A DNA stretch of 64,000 nt from Octopus vulgaris. Lineage: Eukaryota. The notes below the pieces were generated by a model that worked only from the letters and a program-made list of their open reading frames with translations, was not told the origin of the DNA and searched no databases. Both the position numbers and the translations under genes were made by a program. How positions within the stretch are numbered: position 1 is the first letter of the stretch; each line of letters begins with the position of its first letter. The stretch spans positions 39,122,001 to 39,186,000 of the forward strand of contig OX597815.1 of assembly GCA_951406725.2 (NCBI GenBank), given 5' to 3'. This document shows positions 37,252 to 49,851 of this stretch, in pieces.

Positions 37252-38130
37252 TTTGGTCATCCCACGAATAATGCAGTTTTTTTTTAATTGCATGAACTTA
37301 AAGTCTGCATCAACTTGGTGTTAGAGGATGGTAATTTTACATTGTCCTTATTCTAAGTGCAAGTTTTGAAGAGTGCAGTTCGATTTTGATAAGTTATTTT
37401 TCCAAAGCTATAATGGAAGTGATAAAGGAGCATGTTTGGCATATTTTGCTTTAGGAGTTCGATAAAGCCAACAATGCAATGGGAAGTGCAAGGAATATTA
37501 AGGCAGTATATGGGGATCAAAAAATAAGTGTAAACTAGTGTCAATGGTGGTTTCAGAAATTCAGAGCTGGAAACTACAGCCTAGCCGATGAACCTCATCC
37601 TGAAAGATCTGTAGAGCTTGACAGGGACATCCTGCAAACCCTGATGGAACAAAATCCCATTGTAACTGTTGAGAAACTAGCAGAGAAGCTTGGATTTAGT
37701 AATTCAACCAGTCCAAGTCAGAGCTAGAAGAAAAACGACCATCTTTGGTTTCAAGATGAGAGGTGTTCTTCCACCAGGATAATGCTTGGCGACATACAGC
37801 AAGGATGACATTCCAAAGGCTGGAGTAGTTAGAATGGAAAACAATGCCCTACCCACCATATTCGCTGGACATTGCTCCATCTGATTATTTATTCTATAGT
37901 CTTCAAAATTATTTGGACAGAAAACATAAATTCTGTAGATGAGGTCAGAACAGTACTGGAGTACTTTTCATCATGTACAAGTGAATTTTAGAACATGGAC
38001 TGTGCAAGTCTACCAGAAAGATGGAAGAGCATTGTAGAAAGGTATATTTTAGATTGAAAAAGAACTTTATCTTAATTATGAAAAATAAAAGTAGCACAAA
38101 AAAAACCGCAATATTTATGGGATGACCCAA
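37252..38130 (+). mobile_element. Internally deleted mariner element of a second family, carrying a transposase pseudogene
   Basis: TIRs TTTGGTCATCCCAcgAATAaTGCaGTTTTTT / AAAAAACCGCAATATTTATGGGATGACCCAA; translation from 37413 gives MEVIKEHVWHILL*EFDK...CQWWFQKFRAGNYSL, later FHQDNA and YPPYSLDIAPSDY. Confidence 0.9.
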
Positions 38131-38152
38131 TGTAAATATATATATCTAAAAA

Positions 38153-38655
38153 TCATCGTCAACATCTTTTAACATCTGTTGTACATACTGGCATGGGTTG
38201 GACAGTTTGACCAGAGCTGGTGAGCTGCACTAGACTCCAGCCTCATTTGGCATGGTTTCTATAGTTCGATGCTCTTACTATCGTCAACCACTTCAAGAGT
38301 GTAACAAGTACTTTTATGAGCCACCAGCACGGGTGCCACTTGTATGACTCCGGTATCTACCACGACTACAATTTCACTTGGCTTAATCAGTATCCTTCTC
38401 AAGCATGGCATATTGCCAAAGGTCTCAGTTATTTGTCATTGCTTCTGTGAAACCCAACACTTGAAGGTACATTTTACATGCCACCAGCACAGGTGCCAAT
38501 TACACAACACTGACATCAGCCACATTGCCTCCATGAGGCCCAATGCTTGATGTCTTTGTATGGCCCAACACTCCAAAGGTGCTTTTTACATACCATTTAT
38601 ACAACACTGGTCACATTGCTTCCACGAGGCCCAATGTTCAACAGGTGCTTTTACA
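38153..38655 (-). mobile_element. RTE-related LINE 3' tail copy (reverse orientation), with variant tandem units
   Basis: CATACTGGCATGGGTTGGACAGTTTGAC and repeated GTGCTTTTAC units. Confidence 0.65.
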
Positions 38656-40181
38656 TTTCATTATATATATGTATATATAATGGATATAATGCAGGTATTG
38701 GGTGAGACATACATTCATTCTATTTCTTTTCTACTAATCTGTCACAACAGGTGATAATAGGAAAGGCAAACATTAGTATTTATGCAGAGAAAAGAAACTT
38801 CAGGTTTGTTTAGCTTGTTTCCTCTCTTCTCTATGGGCATTAATACAAAAAGAACATAAAATTACATGTTATTAAGATGAAGCCTACGAAATACAAATCC
38901 TGAACAGCCACCCACAAGATTTTGACTTTAAATTCCCCTTTAGTCAATGCTCTAAACCAAAGGAAAACAATGTTACCTAACTGAATATAGTATCAGTGCC
39001 ATTTCACAATTGAGTGATTAACAGAAGAAAGTAGCTCTAAATATTCATAAGGGAATATTTTCAAACCCTATCTTGCCTAACAGGGTAAAATTAATGTAAT
39101 GCATGTTTAGGTGTTTCTGACAGTAATTGCAAAACAGATTACCATAAAACCAATTAATAACACTTTAAAAATGATAAATGACTAATTAGCATTGATAATC
39201 CAAAGATTAATTTCAAAATCCCATTACAAAACTAGTGGTGATAGTTGTGATAAAAGACATTTTTATTGCTCCTAACCCAAAACATAAACATACAAATATT
39301 ATTATATAATTAAAAAAATTCCATTTTTACAAACAGCTTGGAAACAGGTATAAAACTCTAATGAAGCACAGGTGTTAAAAACATTGAATTTTTATTGGTA
39401 CACCCTTGTAGATAATGGTTTATACATCAATTATATACTTACATTTTAAAACAAGAAAAATTTTAATACTTCATATTTGAAATTTCTTTAAGTAATAATT
39501 TTAGTTTAGCATTCTAGCATACGTTTCTTTTGTGAGTGTGTGTTTGAGAGAGAGAGAATTCATAGATATCTATATAATTTACACTCATAAATATAGATAT
39601 CATCTAATATAAAAATCATCAGAAAGGATTGGCAAATGTGACTGAAAGGCAGAGCATAAGTGAGTTGAGGGCAGTTCTGAGAGACATTCAAAGGCATCAG
39701 CCAATATTTGCAACAGACAACTATACTGCTATTGACACGCAATGTAAATAAATGAATGGTGAGGATTACAAAAAAAATCATCATTAACTAAAGACCGAAG
39801 AAAACATGGAATGAAATGATGAGGCCAATGAGCCCTTTCCAGACAAGTCAATATAGCATCAAAATTAGTGATGATAGAATACTGAACAGGCATCTAAACC
39901 ACATTTACACAGAAAGATGCCATTAAATGATGATTATGGCTGCAATGTTATAGAAAAGTCTAACTACTGTTTTCAGCTAGAAAGACAATGAAACTAATTG
40001 TTCTGACGCATTTTCTCATTTTTATATTATTTTTTTAATTATCATAGAACAACTACAAATTAAAGTCATAGGAAGCTGTTTCAATGTCAAAATTTGGTAA
40101 TCACACACTACTATAAAGTGTCTTCATAATTTGCTAGAAGTCAAAGGAAAAAATAGTTGTTGAACGCCACTTAAATGTTTT

Positions 40182-40335
40182 GGGCACAGGCATGGGTGTG
40201 TGGTTAAAATGCTTGTTTTGCAACCACATGGTTTCAGGTTCAGCCCCATTGCATGGTACTTTAGGCAAGTATCTTTTACTAAAGCTATTGTAAGTGAATT
40301 TGGTGAGTGAACCAGAAACAGTGTGGAAGCCCATT
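40182..40335 (+). mobile_element. tRNA-derived SINE
   Basis: GGCACAGGCATGGGTGTGTGGTTAA (A box) ... GGTTCAGCCCC (B box) ... CTTTAGGCAAGT; followed by (CA)n; homologs at 12555-12690, 22090-22185 and 24490-24640 (minus) and 53428-53776. Confidence 0.78.
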
Positions 40336-42559
40336 ACACACACACACACACATACATATATATTCAACTTAAAAATCATCATTTAACATCTGTTCCATAC
40401 TGGGGTGCATGTGGCAGTTTGACAAGGACCCAATGAGTTAAGGACTACAGTCCTTGTCACTAGAGTACAATGCACATCATACTCGAGTGTCTGCTTTGGA
40501 CTGGTTTATACAGCTAGATGTCCTTCGTAAGGTCCTCTGTTTAAAAATCAATAATTCAAAATTCTCAACCCCTTTTGACAAGAGAGTAAGTGGGTGACCA
40601 AGAGATAGTTCAATTCAAAAGGCACAATAAGAGATAATAAATTATCCGCCCTCCCCACTTGTTTTTTTTAATCTAACCAGAAAAATAAAAATGAATTTAA
40701 GAGAGATGAGCCAAGTAAACAATATCACTAACACTAATAATTACTCTGAGTGACATTGATTCATTTGCATTCTTTAACCTCACTGCGATAAAAGTGAGCA
40801 AAACTAGCAGTGTTTGTATTGTAAAACTCCATTTTTCTTTTTTGGCCTTATCCCTCCTTTTAGTACAGTTTATAAAGCGAATATTATCTCTATATATACT
40901 GATAGTTATCAGTTACTGCTGATATAATTTACACTAGTGGTTACAAAAATAGTCTTTTACAGAATTAAGTTATTGTTACAAGGACTAAGATAAGCATGTA
41001 TACCAGTTTCAAAGTAAAGATCAATTTCTTTTGTTACAGATAGTTAAAATATAACAAAGTATTCATATAATGTGCCAAATTTTTAAACTGCCAATTCTGA
41101 ACTTCCAAAGTAAAACTAAAAATAAAATAATCCTCATATATTAATAATAAACACTGGAAGATCTAAATTAACCTCTGAGACAAATTTTCTCTAAATAGAT
41201 TTTTAATATAAAAGCAATCAATCTTCATAATAATTAGAAAAGCTTCATCTCATATAAAAAGCGTTGACTTTTGCCAAAATGGATTTATTATCAACTATGT
41301 GAAAATATATTCTCAGAGAATAACATAAGAAGAACATGAAATCAGAATTACAAATTTACAATGTTCAGTACAAGGATAACTCAAAACAACAAAAGACTTT
41401 CCACAGTATAAGCGTGGGAGCCAAAAGTTAAGTGGTTCAAATTCCATCTGGACAACTTGATTGCCAGAGATTAGTATTTCCCATATTAGGCTTAGCCAGA
41501 ATTAGTTCTAAAAAATTAACATGTAGTCTATTCTATGTGATTGATTTATATCCTATTGAACAGGAGATAGGTTTCTTTATTAGTAATTATAAGATCAAGT
41601 TTTCATAGAAGAACCACTTGATAAAAGAATGAGACAAACAGGCGTAAGACAAGAGAAACAATTCAGTAAACATGAAACACCAGACTCTAGGCTCAAAGTG
41701 ACTCCAGGCACAACACAGTACTGACTTTTAGATTCAAAAGTTCAAAATAAGCAGCTTGCTCAGACTATTATGCCTCTATATGGCAAATTGAACTATGGTG
41801 GTAAAAGAGCACCTTTTTTAACAAAGGGATCTTTTTTCCTTAAATACTTTTTGAAGATGGACCAATTTTCAAAAAGAAGCCTACAATCAGTTAACATCAA
41901 AGAATTAAAGAGAAAATCATTTGAATTTTCCAGTGTAGAATTATGTCCAAATGCTATGAGATGGTTACATATTTAATGCTCTAGAAAGCAATGATTTAAT
42001 ATTCATTAAAGTGAGAATTCTTTGCTTCATATACATACCTAACATACATTCATACATACACACAAACATGTAAGTATGCTTGTCTGCTTGCCTACACACA
42101 TACATGAGACAAAGAATTCACACAATATATATTTTCAAACCAAACAGTTTTCCTTATTTTGTCATAACATTTATTTTGTTTATTTCATAGAAAATCTTCC
42201 AAATATACATCCTATTTTCCCCACATATCCTACATCAAAATAACAAACTACCCCTTTTAAATCCTTAACAATTTCTCTTATTACTCTGCTAAAAATCAAC
42301 ATTCCATTTGTTACTCTAAAAGGCAATTGCATAAATTAGGATAATTATTTGCTTCAAAGGCTGAAATATTTCTGAGAAGGCAAAGGCTTTTGATAATATA
42401 CTGAACAAAAGTCAACAGTACTAAAATGATGATTTCCGTGAACTTGGCTTAAAACATCACTAATGAGTGGAATGGGAAATGCATCTAGCTGTGTGTATCT
42501 ATTAATAGCAGACAGAGTCAACCACTAAATGTCTTTTGCCACCACTTTTGTTGACTAAA

Positions 42560-43620
42560 ACAGCTTGAGAATGCCATGACAACTTTTTGGATGTGTAATT
42601 ATTCCCTCAACTAGTAGTTTATTAACTTCAACTTTAATGAATTCTGCCAGTCTTTAAGCGAGCAATTCTGAAGTGGGATGGGCAATGTATGGGTATTGCT
42701 TGTGTAGAAATTTCTATGCTTGTGTTAGTAAATATTTGGAGTTTTGAAACTTTCACAAACACGCTCTTCGATTTCAGATCAACATAGACGGCAAAGTCAA
42801 GGGTGTAGCTTAAATTCCATTTGAAATGACTGGAATTGCGATAAATTAGAGATTCTCAAAATTGCAGAATCAGATATTCTCAAGAGATATTTCAGGTGTA
42901 AGGTAGCAATTGCTAGGCGTTGTCTTTACAATCAGGTTTAGCTTGTTTCCATCAATAGATGGCATCATTTAAGCTGAGTGTGATTCAATACCAAGCTTTT
43001 TCACTATGTTTTCAGAAATCAAAAACAACTAATTACAACATTTAACAAGCTGCTCACAACTGATTCAATTAAGGCACTGTTTATTAACAGAAGATCATCT
43101 ATAGCCACCTGAACTGTTCCATCCAGACTACAGAAACAAGATCCTCTAATATAAAGGTTTCCCAGTTTTGTTGCCTTTCAATTGGCTTCCATGTTAAGTC
43201 CTTGCCAATAAGCACTTGTATCATCTCATCCATAAATAAGAAAATTTAGAATATTTTGATATCTCTTTAAGAGACCTGGGAAAGTCATTAATAGGTTGTC
43301 CTGTCTGTTGTTTCAATGAACAGAGTTTTATTCATTCACTGTGTATATTTTAGCTGCAAGTAAATTTAAATGCAATGACATATTTAGCTCTTGAATAGTA
43401 TGTAATTCTATCATCAAACACCTCTTTTGTAATTTCAGGCCACTTTATTTCATTCTTGTAATTAACTAGTGTATCTTCCCAACTTAAAATAAACTAAGAG
43501 AAATAAAATCTAATTTATCCTTCTCATCTAACTTCAGGAATGTAAGATATCTTTCCAAATGGACAATAAATTTATCAACAGTTTCTGCAAAATTATCATG
43601 TAACATAACAGGTTGAGATA
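42560..43620 (-). mobile_element. Possible Ty3/Gypsy gag-like remnant
   Basis: Minus-strand fragment SLKQQTGQPINDFPRSLKEISKYSKF...DEMIQ resembles retrotransposon gag (QxxxE(S/T)IxDF..L....F...DEMI); many stops; extent approximate. Confidence 0.4.
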
Positions 43621-43681
43621 GGATTTGCACTCGTACAACCCTCACCAGCAACGACTACCCAAACAGACCCATAGGTTGGAG

Positions 43682-43995
43682 CAGTGGTTCTAAACTGAGG
43701 TCCATATGGTCCCTGAGGGTCCATGCAGCAAAATAGTAAATTAGGGATCAACAACAATACTCTGAAAAAATTTTGCTTTAGATGTATCAGTATGTACTGC
43801 AAGAAATTGCTAGGTTACTGTCTCTAATGTTTTACACATTTCAACCTACACAGTTTAATGTGTGAAAAACAAAATAAGAATTTTGAAAGCAGTTTCTATA
43901 AAACCAGTTTTTTAATATTGAATGGCTTTAGGAGTCCACCAGAATAAAATAGTGATCAAAAGGGTCCATAGATTAAAAATGGTTGAGAACCCCTG
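43682..43995. mobile_element. hAT (MER5/Charlie-like) MITE
   Basis: TIRs CAGTGGTTCTaAAC / GTTGAGAACCCCTG; perfect 8-bp TSD GGTTGGAG at 43674-81 and 43996-44003. Confidence 0.9.
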
Positions 43996-46674
43996 GGTTG
44001 GAGGGTTGTCACCTGAGTGGTACAAAGATGTTGTCCACCAGGAGCAGTAGGAAATCACTAATACATGGTAGATGCAGAGATGCGCTGTTACAGCACATGC
44101 CCCCATATTACAATTACTCATGGAAAGCTTCCCTCCCCATCTTTCTCACAAGAGAGGAATTTCTTCTAAGTGGCTTGTAACATCTTAAGTAAATAATTCC
44201 AATAAGCAACAGAACCATATTGCAATATCTAAAACAGAAATAGTAATCCTTAGACTCATGAAAAATAGAACAGTAATCCTTAGACCCTAACTATTTTAAG
44301 ACAATAAATTTATTTTAAATCTCTATCCCTCTCTTACATCAGTACATCAGAAAGGCTACATACATAGAGGAAAAAAGATCTATCTTATAATGAAACACTA
44401 TATAAAACACTAATGAAGATTAACATAAGCATAATTGGGCTTTCTCAAGTGATCATAAATGCCATGTTATAGACAATATTTAAAAAGTTTCTATAACCTA
44501 CCAATCGAAAATATATCTTCAGAAAAATAACACAGAACTCACCTGTAGCACAGAAGGTGAGAAAAAATTTATAACATTAAATATAAACATAAGAAACATA
44601 AACAAGATTATAACAAGAGTTACTTTTGAATAAACAATATTGTATTCATCACTATCATGATATATAAATAACTGTTGGTAGGTTTCAGCTCACTCTGCCC
44701 AATTATATCTATACTTTCTTTATTGTTGGACAGTGTGGCATTATAAAATTTATAGTACATAACATATAGCATATATAGCACAGACAACTAAGAATATGTT
44801 ATGAGAGATTGGCAGCTACTTTGTTGTAGAATACAGAAAGAAAATAATCTTAGGCAAAGTAGTTAGTTAAATCTACCAGCTGAGCTGACAGAACCTGGAA
44901 TGAAGCCACATTAGAATTAGCAAGATACCCACCAACACCTCTCAGAAGGATTAGCAACAGAACGAACAACTGCCAAGAGAAATTAGCCATAGAACCACTA
45001 TTAACACCTGAGAGATTAACAACCTCTCCTCTCACTACAAAGATTAGCAGCCCACCAGTCAACTTCTATAAAAGTATTAGTACCTTGAAATAGATTAATA
45101 ATTTACACATTGACTCCTAGACAGATTAAAATTGATATTAAAATTTTAATCTTCAGTTTCTATAAAAAGGCAATACTCATGGACACAATATGCTGCTGCC
45201 TGCAGCAGAACGCAGACTAACAACCTGTACATATTTTCATTAAAAAAATAACACAAAATATTTCAACAAGTAGCGTTAAGAGAATTTCAGCAGCAGCTCA
45301 AGTCCGATTCTGATTGAAAAGTATACAGAGCAGGATATGAAAGGTGCAGGCTTAGAAATAGATTACAACAGGAAATAAACAAAATCTTAACAGTTCAGTT
45401 CAGCCAAGTAACCTAATGTGTAAATAGTTCTAGTTATTTGTCCATTAACTTTCTGTAAGCATTTTACTTACAAAATATACTAAATTACTTTTCACAGTAA
45501 AAAAACATGGAGGGAGTAGTACCTTGGCTATAAAGGTTCTTACATAAAATAATGGTTGAGAGCTTTCATTTCTTTTAATCTATCATAGAACAGAGACTGT
45601 TCTTAATAGGATTATTAAACAAATACTTGTGACTAAATTTTAACCACCAACAAAAGTATAAAAAAAAAAAATCCTTTCCTAATAACTTCACCATTATGAT
45701 CTCAAGTGTCAACTTGTATAGGCTTTTTAAAAGGTTCAAAGTTCATTGTCAGAGCTGTGAGTTTAAAGACAATTTAAAACAATAACCATACAAAAACAAC
45801 AGGGCTTGGCCAGAAAATATTTCCTGATTTCTTATGGAATTTCAAGTAGTTTTAAGCATCCAAACAGATTAGAAAATGACTTGTAATCATTTGTTAGTTT
45901 CAGCAAAATTCAAAAGCGTCATAAAAAAGGTGGGGTGGGGGTGGATTTAAACTCTAGACATTTACGAGAGAGAAATGTGCACGTATGTAGCTTGGTCCTT
46001 CCTACTCTCCACACAAATTTCATTTTTACAACGAACATTAGAATAAAACAAAAATTATTTCTAACAGACAATCTCCAACCCCCTTTCTTATAGTCAATTT
46101 GATAGACCCGAATAATTGGTACTTGTATCATCTTTGAAAAGTTGAATAGTAAATTTGACTCCAACAGAATTTGACTCAGAATGTAAAAAGACATGACAAA
46201 AAACCTACAAAACATTTTATCTGCCACTCTACCATTCAGCCCTACCCAAAAAAACAATAAATAATAAATGCCACTAATGTTTATTTTGCAGACACTACAA
46301 CTGATTAATTTCCACATGTAGAACATACTTTCACTGCATTATGTAATGGGTATATTGTAGATCACAATTTTAAAAAAAAATTTTTTTTAAATAAAACTAG
46401 CTGATGTTAACTTTCTAAACATTCCACAAGAAACATTTTCATAGTTTTGAAAGGGAAAAACAAATGTATAAATTTGACATCATAACAAAATTACAGTTGA
46501 GTTTTAGCTAAAAGAGTACACAATTAGTCAAAGTTAATGTAGTTCTTTTAGCAAATATGTAAAACTTAATTGCTCTATAAAACTATTATTCATAAACCAA
46601 TGCCCCATGCCACTTAGTCAAAGGGGCTTTTATCCTATTCCCTTTCCTGTTTTTTTTTTTTTTTTGGCCTTACA

Positions 46675-46865
46675 AGTTACCTGGTAACCTTACTAGTGCT
46701 GGTAGCATGAAAATAGCACCCAGTACATGCTTTAAAGTGACTAGTGTTAGGAAGGGCATCTAGCTGTAGAAGCCATACCAAAACTGACAGGAGTATGACA
46801 CAGCTCTTAGGGATCATAAAATCCTGTTAATCTGTCCAGCCCATACCAACATGGAAAATGGACTC
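46675..46865 (+). mobile_element. Decayed RTE LINE 3' tail
   Basis: TTAGGAAGGGCATCTAGCTGTAGAA ... CCCATACCAACATGGAAAATGGAC. Confidence 0.62.
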
Positions 46866-49814
46866 TCTTTGCTCAGAGTGTGTGTGCGCGCGCGCGCATA
46901 AAATTTTATGTGTCTGATAATATTCTACAGCAGGTAATAGAGACTGTTTCTCATTATCATTGATTACTATATCAAACTTAATCACAACACACACTTTCTA
47001 TGGCCAAAAATATCCAATCCTTAAACCATTACTCTTTTTCCAGACAATACTGTCTTAATAATTTGTCTCCCAAAAGTAGTATCATTTTCATTATGTATAA
47101 AGTAGCACATTCAGCACTGCACACCAAGGCCCTAAGTGGTCATTTGGCCTGCAAGAAATAACAGATAGAACTCTAAATCAAAACTGTTTTTAAAAGAAGG
47201 ATAAATTAGATGATATAGTCCAAAAAAACTTTGTAAAGGCATGGAATAGTCAGCTGAATTGCCTTTGATTATAGGTGTACTTGATTTGAGTCAACATAAA
47301 GTTAAACAACAACCATTTTAAATGAGAGAAGGCTGTCAAATGGCAATGCTTCATATCAAGCAACAATTTTCTAAAAGATTCTCAAGAAAGCCAAAGCTAT
47401 CATGAAATACATCCTCCATTAGCAAACTATACTGTTATTGTGCTGCCTGCACACAAACATTAACCACTTGTCTCCAAGAACTGCCTTGCATTTTTCTTAG
47501 TAGATCACTCAGTGCTGCTAGTAACATGTAACCAAGTACAATCTGTTCTATGGTCAGGTGTATGGCAACCCCACCAAGGTTTACTTTGCTATTTGGACAC
47601 CCAGCAAGATGTAATACAAAACCTGCTAAAGGGTGGAAGAACTCTTGAGAATCAACAGCCCTCCAGTAGTGTCCACATATATTCATATTGTGTATGTGTA
47701 GATCTGTGACTGTATGTTGGTGTATTACAAAAATTCTGGAAATTTAAATTCTAAATCTATTACCAAAGAAAAAAAAAACATGCTTGTGACCTGGTTATGC
47801 TGGAGGGAGAATAATCTCTCTGTAGGTGCAACCATGCAGGACAGATCAGAAAGTAAAAGTCTGACAGCAAACTTCAATGACATAAAAGAAATCATGTCTT
47901 TGGAATGCAGAGAGGTGCTATGATAATAGCACCTATACTCGGTACTATGGACTATCACATAGTTTTAACAAATTCTGTCCAACCCATGTGAACATGGAAA
48001 AGTGGAACTTAAAGCAATGAGGATGTGTGTTTTAATTGAAGAGGAGAACTGACTATAATGTAATAAAATATATTTACAGACTTAATTACAAATTTACAGA
48101 TTTAACTAAAATAATGAAGAGTAGTTTGTAATTAAGAGACATTTATAAATGAAGAATTAACTTGTTAATTGAAGAACATCAGGTAGTAAACTGTTTTGTT
48201 ATATGATACAAAGCCATAGCTTGATATTTTACTCACCTTGGAGTTATTTAATAGGAGAAAACATAACATTTGCTGTTACCTAACAAAACAGTATGATGGA
48301 ACATTCACTGCTATGATTATTAAGTCAAAACTGATGATTAGAGTACTTAGCCACCTTCTATCATCATATAACAAATAAATACCAAGTGAAAAAATAGAAT
48401 CCCAAAATTTTGAAGCTATTACTGTGTGTTCTCGTACAATAAAATGTGCTAACATCTTTTTGATTGGTCTTCTTTTATGACCTTTTTACCTTTTTCATAG
48501 ACAATGAACTACTGAGTAAGGCTTACTTCTGGCCATTAAAGAAGTTTAGGGTCAATACTCTTTAAGAATACAAAAAATGAAAACTAACAAACAAAAAAGT
48601 TAACATCTGAATTATGATTAATACCATCTTTTTTTAGACATTCTAAATCTTTCTTCAGATATGAAATTTAAATGTATTACCAAGAAAAAACACCAACAGT
48701 AATATACTGATAAAAATCGAAGGTAACTCATGAAAATTGCATCAAGATATCTTAAACCTGATGTTAATAAACTCAAATATGATGTAAATATTTGCATACT
48801 TGCTCCCCTTTAAAATGACTAATAAACTATAAATATACTTCTTTCAAAAGTATACCAAATAAATAAATAAATAAGCACTCTTGATTAGAAAATCAGAATA
48901 ACACACAGCTTCTCAGAATAGAAATTACGTCTAAACCAACCATTTCATACCATATTAATAGCCTGTGCCAAAAACTTTAGGGAGGTGCTCTCATTGATTA
49001 CATACAGATAGTTCTAAATTCTGTGCCAACTGGTCCCTCTCAGAGATTATGCTAATATAAATACCATCAAACTGGCAACACTAAACTTATGTCAGAAATT
49101 CTGGCTAATTGTTCTGACCTAGGTTTTTTTTTTTTTGCTATTGTTCCAACAACAACGAGAAAGAAAAAGAATGCAAACCACACTCTTAGAAGTGCATGCA
49201 AAAAGATACTACTTAAAAGGTTCTAAAATTCTGACAAAGATTAAAGAACTATATGCTGCATAAAAATTAATAATTCTATTTTTTTTCATTTGCAAGTTTG
49301 TTACAGACAACACACACACATAATACAGTATTTAAAATTAATTGGCATATTTTGTTAGATATTTCAACCAACATTAACTTCAGCATCATACTTTCACATG
49401 TGTTTTTACAGTATGAGCAAGTATTGAGGACATCTGCAAAGTAGCCTACAATAATTCATTTGTATTCTCCGTTCTCATTTCATGCCACCTCTTATGTAAG
49501 AAACATTTTTGGTTTTTTGTTGTCTTTGGAAAGGTTATAACAGACAAGAATTTATGTAATCTTTATGTTAAATATTATATATTCTATTTCCACTCATTTG
49601 TATATTGCATTTCCATAACCTTCTGCTTAGAATAGTGGCTTTCAACTCAAGTAGTAGTAGATACTAGTAAATTTGGTATTTCACATAGGTAACATGGGAT
49701 TTATTGCAAGTATTTAATGCATATTTTTAGGCTCAAAACAATTTTTTTTTTTTTATTAATAAAGGTAATGTTTTACTTTCATTAGTAGAACATTTAACAT
49801 TTGTGTGTATATAC

Positions 49815-49851
<37 letters not shown>

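Noticed and set aside
40182-40260. tRNA gene
   Set aside because: A/B boxes are present but no cloverleaf can be formed, and it continues into a SINE body with multiple decayed copies
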